Positions 11,540 through 22,063 of a stretch of DNA of 64,000 nucleotides are shown here, one piece after another. Position numbers and translations under genes: made by a program. Each line of letters opens with the position of its first letter. Position 1 is the first letter of the stretch. The notes under the pieces were generated by a model that searched no databases, was not told the DNA's origin, and saw only the letters and a list, made by a program, of their open reading frames with translations. Source of the stretch: Nemertoderma westbladi (lineage: Eukaryota; Animalia; Xenacoelomorpha); assembly GCA_032718475.1 (NCBI GenBank), contig JAUCBJ010008829.1, positions 62,001 to 126,000 on the forward strand, read 5' to 3'.

Positions 11540-12724
11540 TGTAAAAGCTTTTGCTGAATTGTCCGGTTATTTTTCCTTATTTTTCCCGTAAAATACTCTG
11601 TAGTTGGTTTACCAGGCATAAAAAGGCCGTGTCCTTGTTGTACTGGTGTTTTAGCGGACATAAAAGCTATTTCTTCTGTATTTGTACTTTAGAGGACATA
11701 ATCCGTAATTCTGTGACGTAAAAGCTCGATACTCTTGAAAACAGTGTCGCTACCATGACGACGGCTAGCAGCTGATATTGCCACGTCGACGTTTCTTTGT
11801 TCTCTCGTTGTTCAGGTTGACCAATCAGAGCGTTTGTTGTCTCTGTGTTGGAGGTATATACAGAAACTCAGTAGTTCAGTGTTATGTTTTTGCCCAGAGC
11901 CTAAGAACCGGCTTTTGGCACCTCCGTGTTTCAGTTTTTAGTCTTACACTAGTAGGTTTAATTATAAGGACATATATCCTTTAACTGCTAACTGATCATA
12001 CATACTGACTGCTGAAACATTGCAAACTCATAACAATCAGTGTTCAGTTGTTGTTTTATACTGCTATTTACTGTCAGTTCTTCATAATATGGTTGATGAA
12101 TTATTATATTTGGAATAACGATAAATAACCCCGAAACCCAATATTCTTGATATACCGAAGGTAAGAGAGAAAGGTTACAGATAAACGATTGTGACTTATG
12201 TTAAAGTGGTTTGAAGTGAATCTAATGTTATTTGATAGACCCTACATGAGTCAGTCTGTGTTCCTTTTATATGTGACTAAAATCAGTGAAGATTGGCAGA
12301 TTAGTGTGCAGTATTGTGCAGCATTGTGTATGAGTGAGTCTGTTAAAGAAGCAATTCCTAAAGAATGCGCCATATATGTGAATTATAATTAAGCCATATC
12401 GTTGTAAGTAGTTTAAGTCATAACTCTGTTTATATAGATAAAGCGCCACGTCCTAAAGGAACTGTTAATATTCCCGAAGGTGAATAATATTGTCAGAGAT
12501 TATATAATACTGTCAGTCGAATAATACATTAGGCTTACATAGCAATAAAATTAAACCGTCGAACCCAATCTCCCGGGAATATCCAGCGGGTGAATGATCG
12601 CGCACAGATTGGTTTCGACTAGTGTAGTGAATCAAATACTTGTCATAGACTAAAAACCGATTTAATATCTGGAAGACATCTTAATTTGGTGGGTTAAACT
12701 GCCAAAGGTCTGAAAGCGCGAACA
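11540..12724 (+). repeat. 5' LTR of B1
   Basis: TGTAAAAGC...GCGCGAACA. CCAAT box at ~11821. Confidence 0.95.
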
Positions 12725-12736
12725 TTAAAGGATATA
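12725..12736 (+). promoter_or_regulatory. Non-tRNA PBS of B1, complementary to its own LTR (11973-11984)
   Basis: TTAAAGGATATA is the exact reverse complement of TATATCCTTTAA. Confidence 0.75.
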
Positions 12737-12803
12737 GCTCCTTTATTGCAGTAAGCAATAAAGTCGAAAGTACCGGTCAACCGGTAAACCTGAACCGGTA
12801 CAT

Positions 12804-12917
12804 CTGTAGGTCAGTAGGCCCAACTGCCAGAACCGGTACTGCCGTAGGTCCGTAGGTCCAACTGCCAGAACCGGTACTTCTGTAGGTCCGTAGGCCTAAC
12901 TGTCCTAACCGGTACTT
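12804..12917 (+). repeat. 38-bp tandem repeat x3 in the B1 leader (also 59877-59991 in B3)
   Basis: Unit GCCGTAGGTCCGTAGGTCCAACTGCCAGAACCGGTACT. Confidence 0.9.
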
Positions 12918-13089
12918 CCCGTATAAGTACATTAGTATTATTCGATTTTGATAGTTATATACCGGTAGGCCTTAATAATTAATCAGGGACTGCAGCCCTG
13001 GTTTTTTATTGAGATTTTTACTTATTTCTGTCAAGTTTTATTTGTTTGTAGGCCAGTATTGAACAGAAGGCGTGTAAGCCTGATCAGAT

Positions 13090-13670
13090 TGTACAGACAA
13101 TTTGTAGGCTGAGCTGTTGTCTGATTGCTGTTAAGTCTGAACGGATTGCAGTGTGTGTAGATCACCTGTCCGATTAAGTACGGTTAGGAAGTAGGGGCAG
13201 CGAATGCTGTAAGGTAAACCCCCAATTAAAGAATAAGTCGTACTACTGGGTTAGAACGCATACTCCCTAATCATTTCGGAGTCTGCATGTCCTGTAGTTT
13301 ATTTAGGCTTGAGAGTAGTCTGCCATCGTTTAGTCTGTACTTTGTTTGTGTAAGTCTGTACGGGTAGCGTATAATTTTATTTAGATAATTTGTAGGCTGG
13401 ATAGTTGTCTGGCTGTTATTAGGTCTGAGCGGATTGCAGCGTGTGTAGATCACTTGTCCGATAAAGAACGGTTAGGAAGTAGGGGCAGCGAATGCTGTAA
13501 GGTAAACCCCCAATTAAAGAATAAGTCGTACTACTGGGTTAGAACGCATACTACCTAATTATTTCGGAGTCTACATATACCGTAGTTTGTTTAGGTTTGA
13601 TGGTAGTCTGTCAGTGTTCGGTCTGCATTTTGTTTGAGTAGTTTGTACGCGTTGCGTAATATTTATTATT
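13090..13670 (+). repeat. ~288-bp tandem duplication in the B-family leader (also ~26550-27125 and ~60170-60740)
   Basis: For example GGGGCAGCGAATGCTGTAAGGTAAACCCC at ~13194 and ~13482. Confidence 0.88.
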
Positions 13671-14975
13671 CAGAGTTTATGCGATTATCCGCAACATTCA
13701 TTCCCCAAGTTTGTTCCTACAATAATTGTGTTTGTTATACATACCGCTATAGTTAAATTAACCCCGGTACTACACGGGCTGCTTGGCGTAGGTAAAGACT
13801 GGTGATTTTGTGCATCGGTCACTCCAGCAGATGCCGTGGTTCTTTTGGCTGTTCAAGTATATTTAACTACAGATTATATGTTGTACAAGTACTCGTACCT
13901 AATTTAGGGTTTAGTGTACAGTACTTTCCGAAGTAATTAGTGTAGACATTATATTTGTGTTGTAAAGTGGTTGATAGGCACGTTCGATTAGCTCTATTAA
14001 CCTCTAGGTAGGAACACTCCGTGATACATAACGTAGAACCTATAGCGATACGGCTATAGGTCGTCAGGCGGTGGTATTTTCCTATCTGGACAACGCAGTG
14101 TATTTACTACTACTTATTATTTCAAATACCGTAGTACCCTGTCCGTTGTAATAACCAGATTTCTAACCCTTTGTTAGGCTGGTTTGTAGACTTCTTGTAA
14201 AATTACCCTAAAAAATTCGTATTTTGTGTTTTTGTAAATTTTTGTGTTTATTTAGAGATTGTAATCTCACCCGAATCGTACGTAATTTGTAGTATTAAGT
14301 AACTTAGGTAAATTAGAATTATTTGTTTTAGTGTCCTATAAGTAACACTTCACTGAAAGCGCACCGCTTTGTGTAGTGATTACTCCCCAGAAATAATAAC
14401 ATTTATTTCAACATTGACAAAACCCATTAAAACGGGTATATATATATTATAAATCAACTCAAACGATTTATAAATAGTAGGCCTACCATATAACCATTAG
14501 GTCTCAATATCAGTTGGACTACTGCTCAAATAACGGTAATAAAGTAAGTAGAGTAACCAAGTAACCCTAAAGTTCAGAAATTCAATTATTTAAAATAATT
14601 GATATACCGGTATTTACGATAGGCCTATTATCTTTATTTCTATAAATTTAGGTTGAAATTATACTGGTACTTTGTAATTAATTCTAGTCCAGAATTATAT
14701 ATACTACAAACTGTAAGCTGTATACCGGTATCCACGATAGGCCTATTATATATTTATATATATTTGTGCTAAAATTATACCGGTATTCGGTGATAAACCT
14801 AGTCTGTAATAATAGTTATATACTATAAGCATACCGGTATTCTAATATATTATATATATCACGCTACACTGAGTAGCAGTACCGGTAATTAATTACTAGG
14901 CTAGCAGTTAATACTGAGTTACTAGACTTGCTCAGACTGTAATACAGCAGTAGACATTCAACTGTATACATAAGC

Positions 14976-17900
14976 ATGTCTGACGCAAAGCAGAACCTGT
15001 CAGACAGTCTACTAGATACAACCGAGAGCGAAGGGACAGCGGAGGGGCCGCAAAAGAGAGATGCCATTGACATCTATCTGTCAGACTATCAACGCTTTGT
15101 AGGGGACAAAGAGTTGAGGAGAAGGCTGGAGGGGCTTAGCCCTAATAGTGAAGGAACCAAGCTTGTGCTGGACGCAATCGATGCGGAAATGTTAGCGGCG
15201 AACCAAGCTAAATTTGATGAACAACTCCGCATCATACGAGTCCAAGTAAAGAAAAAAGTTATAGAAGACAGAAAGAAAATAGCAGCAGCAGTGGCAGCTG
15301 CAGAAGCAGAAAGAAAAGCGACAGTGGCAGAAGCGGAAAGAAAGGCGGCAGTGGCAGCAGCCGAAGCGGAAAGAAAAGCGGCAGAGGCAGTGGCAGAAGC
15401 AGAACGGAGAGCGACTGAAGAAACCACCCAACTAGAATTGGAATACATTCAGGAGAATCAAGACTGCATAAATAAACAGTTAACAGCTAGTAATATGCAG
15501 ATGATGAATCGATCTACTCCCAAAAGACAGGGATATACATCATCTGAGGAAGGCGATACCACCGATACTGAAGGCAAAAGAAATAGATCTCACCTAAGCA
15601 GACGTAAAAGAACATCCTACCGTCAGAAATTGCCTGATTTGCCTCCAGCTGTTAGAAGGCAACTAAATAACACCAACTTAGAGAGTACAGAACCCACAGA
15701 CCAAATAATTACAATAGAAAGACTCCCTACTATAGTAGATGAGCCTGAAATAAGTAGGCCTGTTCTTGAAATCACCCCTTCGGTAATAGATACACCTATG
15801 CTCCCTGAAGCTACCTATAAATTCCCTCGGCATAGCACTAAGCTACCTGTGCCCCGTAGAACTGCCCAGGAGACAGTTCAGGTCCTGGACCCCGAGCGAA
15901 ATATTCCAAATTTGTCGCCCGTTGTCCCTCGTCTGCCCACTACGACGTTGGCGGATCCCGTTTCGGCGGTTGATTGGGTAGACGAGAGACGGCGGGGGAT
16001 GGATATTCTCCTCGGAGAGATGAAGGAGAATCGGATACGCTCCTCCCAACAGGTCCGAGAGTTGGAAGGGACTGTCCAACATTTAAAGGGAACAGTGAGG
16101 GAAAGTAAGTTAGAGTTGCAAGAAGTGCAGCAAAATATCGCGCTAGAGCGCGATAAATTAGTAAATTTACAAAAGGGTATACCACCACCCCCTGTAACAA
16201 TGTGTCAACCCGTTAGGTCTGAAGTATCTCATGCGCAAGGTGTGGAGCCTACACGCATTTATACTGCTAGCGAAGTAGAAACTCCTATAATGAACCCTAT
16301 TAAGGGTAATTATATACCTGTTGATAATGACATTCCCTATAGAACTGATCATAATCCGAGAAATTTATATACCGATAACTCGATATTAAATAACACGATG
16401 GCCCAAGAAAGTTTTACGCGTCAAATGGCTAGAACCGAAGCCCGGCAAGCGGTAAAGGTGGGAGAGATCGTCAAGTTCAATGGAGATGAGATGAAATGGT
16501 TACCTTTTAATGAATATTATAAAGATAACATACAGAACTCTGTACTATCTAACGGAGAGAAACTTAGATTCCTCATCGAATGTTTGGAAGGACCTCCCAA
16601 GTCAATGGCGTTAAAATTTATTGGACATCCAGATGGATTAAGACAAGTTTGGGATACACTAAACATCAGGTATGGTAATAGGACTAACATAGCTAGGTAT
16701 TTATATGCGAAATTAATGGCGCCCCGAAAGTTTCTTAGCAGCGGGATTATAGAGTTTTCCGATGAGATTCAGGAGATCTGTAGACAACTAGATTGGTTAG
16801 GTAAGTCTCATGAATACCAGAATTCTATGGTTGTAGGAGCCTTAGCATCTACTTTGCCCAAGGGTGGAGTAGGTACACGCTGGGACAAGAAGGTGTTATA
16901 TATGATGGAACAACAACGACGAGACCCTACCATGACTGATCTCATGTCATTCTTAGATAGAGAAGTGAAATTACAGCTCCTAAGGCAGTCCAGAGAGAAG
17001 ACATTGGAAAACAAGGTAAGTGAGAAACCCGTTTCTAGGAGAAGGGTAACACCAGTATGTTATACCGACGACGGTGAAAGCCAAACTTCTCAAGGAGAGG
17101 ACAGCGGGAAAGACACTGACAGATCTTATTATGTCAATAAAATGCCTAAAGATCAGGTAAGTAAATCCGAGTCTCGACCCAATGACAGAAGGGAACCGGT
17201 ACAAAAAACCCTTCCTACGTCTCCTAAAAGAATTCAGGTGAGAAAGCCCGAGGAAAGAACAAGTGTGCACCACATAGCACAGGTTAAAGTAAGTAACATC
17301 AAGCCGAAATGTGTGCTGTGCGACGGGCCCCACCGTTTAAATGCGTGTGATAAATTCCTGAGGAAATCACTAAAGGATAGACGTGAAGTCATGTGGGATA
17401 AGCGGTTGTGTTATAATTGCCTCAGACGAGGACACCAACGGCGAACCTGTTACTCTGACGCAAGGTGTGCAAAGTGCGGCGCAAAACATCATATCTTGTT
17501 GCACACGGAATTCGAACGAAACAGCCCGAGTCAGGTAAGTGAGTCCGAACTACATGTCCAATTCAGTGATGTGAACGACACTGACCAAAGTTCTGAGTGG
17601 GAAGGATTCTATACGGACGAATTCTCCGATGAAAACGAATCCTGTTACTTAATAAACACCACCGCAGTGTATCGAGCACTCATGTATGAGAAAGACACAG
17701 ACAGCGACCTCACCCTAACTACTTCAGATCAACAACCATCTTGGAAAGCGCCAACTTCCAATATAGGAATCCGAGAATTTCCTGTAGTCCAGTTACGGGT
17801 CCACGGACCTCAGAAGAGCTATATAGTGAACGCCCTCCTGGACTCCGGTAGCACAGGAACATTCATCGATAAAGAACTAGCCGAAGTCATCTTTGCTGGA

Positions 17901-19052
17901 CAACCCAAGTTCCGAACCAAGCTAAACATGTCAGGGATCATGCAGGTTTGGAATTCTACTGTAGCTGCCGACTATTATATAGGTGAGTTGTCCACTCCAC
18001 AGGATAAACTAGGAGAATACAGTATGAGGTCAGTCAAAATGGTGGCAATAAAGAACTTCGCTACCACCCAAGTGGAACCTTATAATTGGGACGAAGATGA
18101 TCATGCCCAACGACTTAACATTCCTAGATTCGACACCGATTATCCTGGAGTACAAATATTAATCGGTCAAAACGCGCATGAGGCGCTGGAGACATTGGAG
18201 AAACGACCTGCTCAACCGCAACCACTTCAGACCTATGCGGTAAGAACTAGAGTAGGTTGGTACCTTACTGGACCTTCCCGAAGAACGCTCAGAGAAAGAC
18301 TGCTTCAAGATCGCGTCTGCCAGGTGAGTGAATGGGAAGATGATACTAGTGAGGGAGACGACCCAACTGAGGGAACACCACACTCCTCAGATAATGACAA
18401 TCTTAGCTCCAATGTAGATCAATGGAGATATTGCCCCAAGAAGTTTAATCCAACTGACATCGCTTCCAGAGGAGCAACACCTCAAGAACTGACAGATACT
18501 ACAGACCGGTTAGGTGAACCCGACTTCCTGAGTAAGGAGGATGAATGGTCTCCCCATCTTACTCCGACTGAGATTAGACCAGCCAAGGGAGCGGAGAAAG
18601 TTAAACCTAAAACCCGGACGGGTGGAGCGGAGTTATTTGAACCCGGGATAGATCTGTCGGTATTACATATTGCCAGGGACGACGCCGTGGATCTGGACCT
18701 CCCCACCGCGAGTGGATCCTTCATGAAGATCAGAGGGAGCGATTGGAGCTCTGGAACATCAGACGTCTCGCAGGGACTCTTACCTCTCCTGCAGGGAGCG
18801 ACGGACCACTATAGCTCCTGGAATCGGCTTTGTAACGCCGTCATATACTTTGAGCGATGTTTCTATCGTCACTATTCCAGGACGAAGAGGAAACCTGGAA
18901 TTGTATTCGGGATGCAGCGACTCAATCACCCAGTCGGTCGTTTGTGTTTACCGGAAGGGAATGGAGGACTCTCCGGAAACTGTGGAAGGCAAGATTCTCT
19001 TCCCACGACCACCTCCCTAATCCTTCAAACATCTAGGGACTCCATAACGTAG
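14976..19052 (+). CDS. gag: B1 Gag-protease polyprotein with in-frame remnants of the post-RNase H region and integrase tail
   Basis: BEL gag (KFNG...W..F, EKLRFLIECLEG), knuckles CVLC..PH...C, CYNCL..GH...C and CAKC..KHH.LLH, protease LLDSGS. No YMDD, RH core or IN core. Confidence 0.92.
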   Translation: MSDAKQNLSDSLLDTTESEGTAEGPQKRDAIDIYLSDYQRFVGDKELRRRLEGLSPNSEGTKLVLDAIDAEMLAANQAKFDEQLRIIRVQVKKKVIEDRKKIAAAVAAAEAERKATVAEAERKAAVAAAEAERKAAEAVAEAERRATEETTQLELEYIQENQDCINKQLTASNMQMMNRSTPKRQGYTSSEEGDTTDTEGKRNRSHLSRRKRTSYRQKLPDLPPAVRRQLNNTNLESTEPTDQIITIERLPTIVDEPEISRPVLEITPSVIDTPMLPEATYKFPRHSTKLPVPRRTAQETVQVLDPERNIPNLSPVVPRLPTTTLADPVSAVDWVDERRRGMDILLGEMKENRIRSSQQVRELEGTVQHLKGTVRESKLELQEVQQNIALERDKLVNLQKGIPPPPVTMCQPVRSEVSHAQGVEPTRIYTASEVETPIMNPIKGNYIPVDNDIPYRTDHNPRNLYTDNSILNNTMAQESFTRQMARTEARQAVKVGEIVKFNGDEMKWLPFNEYYKDNIQNSVLSNGEKLRFLIECLEGPPKSMALKFIGHPDGLRQVWDTLNIRYGNRTNIARYLYAKLMAPRKFLSSGIIEFSDEIQEICRQLDWLGKSHEYQNSMVVGALASTLPKGGVGTRWDKKVLYMMEQQRRDPTMTDLMSFLDREVKLQLLRQSREKTLENKVSEKPVSRRRVTPVCYTDDGESQTSQGEDSGKDTDRSYYVNKMPKDQVSKSESRPNDRREPVQKTLPTSPKRIQVRKPEERTSVHHIAQVKVSNIKPKCVLCDGPHRLNACDKFLRKSLKDRREVMWDKRLCYNCLRRGHQRRTCYSDARCAKCGAKHHILLHTEFERNSPSQVSESELHVQFSDVNDTDQSSEWEGFYTDEFSDENESCYLINTTAVYRALMYEKDTDSDLTLTTSDQQPSWKAPTSNIGIREFPVVQLRVHGPQKSYIVNALLDSGSTGTFIDKELAEVIFAGQPKFRTKLNMSGIMQVWNSTVAADYYIGELSTPQDKLGEYSMRSVKMVAIKNFATTQVEPYNWDEDDHAQRLNIPRFDTDYPGVQILIGQNAHEALETLEKRPAQPQPLQTYAVRTRVGWYLTGPSRRTLRERLLQDRVCQVSEWEDDTSEGDDPTEGTPHSSDNDNLSSNVDQWRYCPKKFNPTDIASRGATPQELTDTTDRLGEPDFLSKEDEWSPHLTPTEIRPAKGAEKVKPKTRTGGAELFEPGIDLSVLHIARDDAVDLDLPTASGSFMKIRGSDWSSGTSDVSQGLLPLLQGATDHYSSWNRLCNAVIYFERCFYRHYSRTKRKPGIVFGMQRLNHPVGRLCLPEGNGGLSGNCGRQDSLPTTTSLILQTSRDSIT

Positions 19053-22000
19053 CAACATATGGAGTGGGTGTGTGACTCTATTATTTTATATTATTTTATT
19101 ATTTTTATATTTACGTATGTATTACTATGTAATTTTATTATAATCGTTTTCTTTAATTTTATTCAGTAGAATGTTATTTTAGCGATTATTTAGTAGATTA
19201 GTGCAATATATATTCGCGTTTATTACTTAATTACGTATATATTATATTTAATGCGACGGCAAGAAATAATTCTTTTCCTCTTTCCTTACTGTATTACATT
19301 ACAAATACGTAACTACAGTAAGATGAAATGTCCGTACTTATTAAAGTACAATAAAGCCACTACTATATTTAAGTATTATTGGTAGGCAGAGTATTAGGAA
19401 TGCAAAGTTCAGATCCTCGTGTCTCGGCTAAACCAAGCTCTGGGTAGACCTTGGAAACGACTTGCCTCTTCACACTGACATTGCTTCGTGCGATATTGCT
19501 CTCATACCGTATATTAAATAATACATATAGTAGCGTGATGTCCCTTTAACAGTAGCGTATAACGCAAAATAAATCTGTTAAACCCTTTGACCATCTGTAA
19601 TTCTAGTCGATTAAGATATCGCGGCACCCACCGATATACTTGAAAGACAAATTCTAGAATCAGTGGTTAACGTCCCCAGACAAGTTCTGGAATAAATCGG
19701 TGCCCATCTCAAATATTAATTAGTTAATATTTACAAATCAAATAAGTCAAAATCTGTAAAATTCAGATCCTTCAACAATTCTAGTCAATTAAGATATCGT
19801 AGCATTTACCGATATTCTTAAAGAGACAATTTTCTTAGAATTAAAGATCTTGTGTCCCTAGACATGTTCTAGAATCAAAATATGCCCATTTAATTATCAA
19901 ATAATAAAATTTCAGGGAATAAATTTAAATTCATGTCTTTTAATGAATTTAATAAATTGCCATTTTACGCGATTTATAACATTCCCAAAATTCCATTAAT
20001 TAATAGATCAAGGGAGCGGAGATTTATATTATTATGCGTATGCGTGTACGAAAGTCTCCCAAACATAGTTAATAGCCGATAAAATTCGTAAAGTCATGTA
20101 TAAACAGGACATTGACTATTAAAGAATTACTATTAAATAACATCCCAGATCTGTATGCATTGGAATCACCCTAATTCTACCGCTAGCTTTGCATAATGTC
20201 ACCATAGCAACAACCACGCTAGAATTAGAATTGAGTTAAACGAACAATAGAAAGCTTGTCCCATTAAATAGCATAGGGAATAAATAGCGCACTACTAGTA
20301 TCCAAGGATACATAATAATACAGTGACATTCTGGAAGGCATTGACTAACGGACAAATGGCCCGAATGTGCGTAGTTGTGACCAGTTGTGTGGTATTTGTG
20401 AGTTTATAGGTGAATGTTACTGCTAAAGTGTGTTTACAGTAGCTAGTCGCAATCGTAAAAATAACCTAACTCTCCAAGGAATACCTGAAGTACATCTAAG
20501 CCTTTGGGACGGACAGTCGAGTGACTTGTGCCGGTTGTCGTTGTCGTTGTGCGGCTACGTCGTTGGCGAAAGTACAGCGGCGACGACACATCGGCGCTGA
20601 GGATCTCGTACTGTCCGGGGGTTGATTGGGGTAGGCAGCGACGCCCGCTCGCCTAAATGTGGACTCATTATAATATGGATAAACTCATATATAGCAGATA
20701 TGACGGAGTTGATAGAAGATGGTCTTGGTATCGGGGAGCGATATACTCTACTTTTACAAGCGTTTGTTGATAGCTTAATACGCGGCGACGTTAGTCCAAC
20801 TGCTGCGGAGGACGATGGTCGTCATATCGAACCGCCAATGTCCCAAGAGCAGCTCACGCGTGAGTTGGACTATAGAAAATTCGCTGCTCGATATACGCAG
20901 CGTAATGGTATGTATATGGGCTTCTTAATTACTGGTCATCCTATCGATTTACACAATACGGACTATGTCGACTATATATCCTGCCCAGCGGAGTCGGAAC
21001 CATAAACTGAAATTCGAATGCGAAAATTCTATTCGAAATCGACTCGAAAGAAAAGACACTAAAGAAACAAATGGACGCGGTAACTCCAACGTATATTTGG
21101 AATTCTTGATAGAAGCATTGTAACAACAAATAAATATCACCCGCATTTACCCTACCAGACGTGCGTCTTTGGTATTATTACGATAAATGCCCTAGACCCA
21201 ACTAATAAACGGAAAGAAATAAACATCCACGTAAACCGAAACTTGTTGACGTATCACCTATGCTCACTCGGCTCGAACGATCCTGGAGTAAACCTACGAT
21301 CAGAGTCCCGGAATACTCGGTCAAACCTCCTCATTCCTTAGTTGGACCTCAGACCTGCGATCCTGGTGGTGTCGCGGATCCTCGCGGACTGTATTCACTG
21401 TTCAAAGATCTAGTGCTACCCTAACAATTAATCGGTAACACTCCGACAGTGATTTCTAGCTAGCCGCCCATCTTACCTAGCCGGATTTTGACGCGAACAC
21501 CTAATATCACTATCCAACCGTATGGTCGTCCACGTTTAACGCGATACAACCCCTCATCAAGGTGAAGGAGAGCGTTGTACGAAACGAGTTAAACGCTATT
21601 CTATAAAGATCAAAAAGGAAACCTGCGTTTGTTCAGATAAACGTAAGTTATAACAGTAAGTCCAATCGATAAACGAATTGGCCTTATCTCAATTCGATTG
21701 GGAAATCCAGAATCTCTAAGAAGTTATCGAACTTGGACGATCCTATTCTCTGCGAGAGTTTTTGGAGGAACGTATCCAGCTATGAGCGGAGGAAAATCAG
21801 CTCGAGGAGAAGCATATCGAAACGGCAGATACCTCGACCACAATCCTACACCTTCTGATGCAATCATATTGCACCCTTCACCCAGGAGTTATGGCCCTCC
21901 TAGTAAAGTGGCTCCCCCCAAAGAGAAAAAGACTCTTGCTAGCCTCAAAAAACTGCGTAAACGCCGTCTGCGTAAGAAAGACTAACTGTTTAGAGTATCT

Positions 22001-22063
22001 TTATGTTTTAGAAACTGTGATTTTTATATTTTATAGACTGAAAATCCCATTTTCTGGGAGCGG

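Noticed and set aside
12198-12392. Short ORF MLKWFEVNL... repeated four times
   Set aside because: Repeated only because it lies in the LTRs; it is not preserved in the B3 LTR.
15089-15448. Ala/Ser-rich antisense ORFs (also 29309-29767, 62450-62923, 55427-56153)
   Set aside because: Shadows of repetitive coiled-coil codons on the gag strand.
21698-21985. Histone-like basic ORF (MSGGKSARG...)
   Set aside because: No histone fold; more likely the tail of the decayed 3' ORF.
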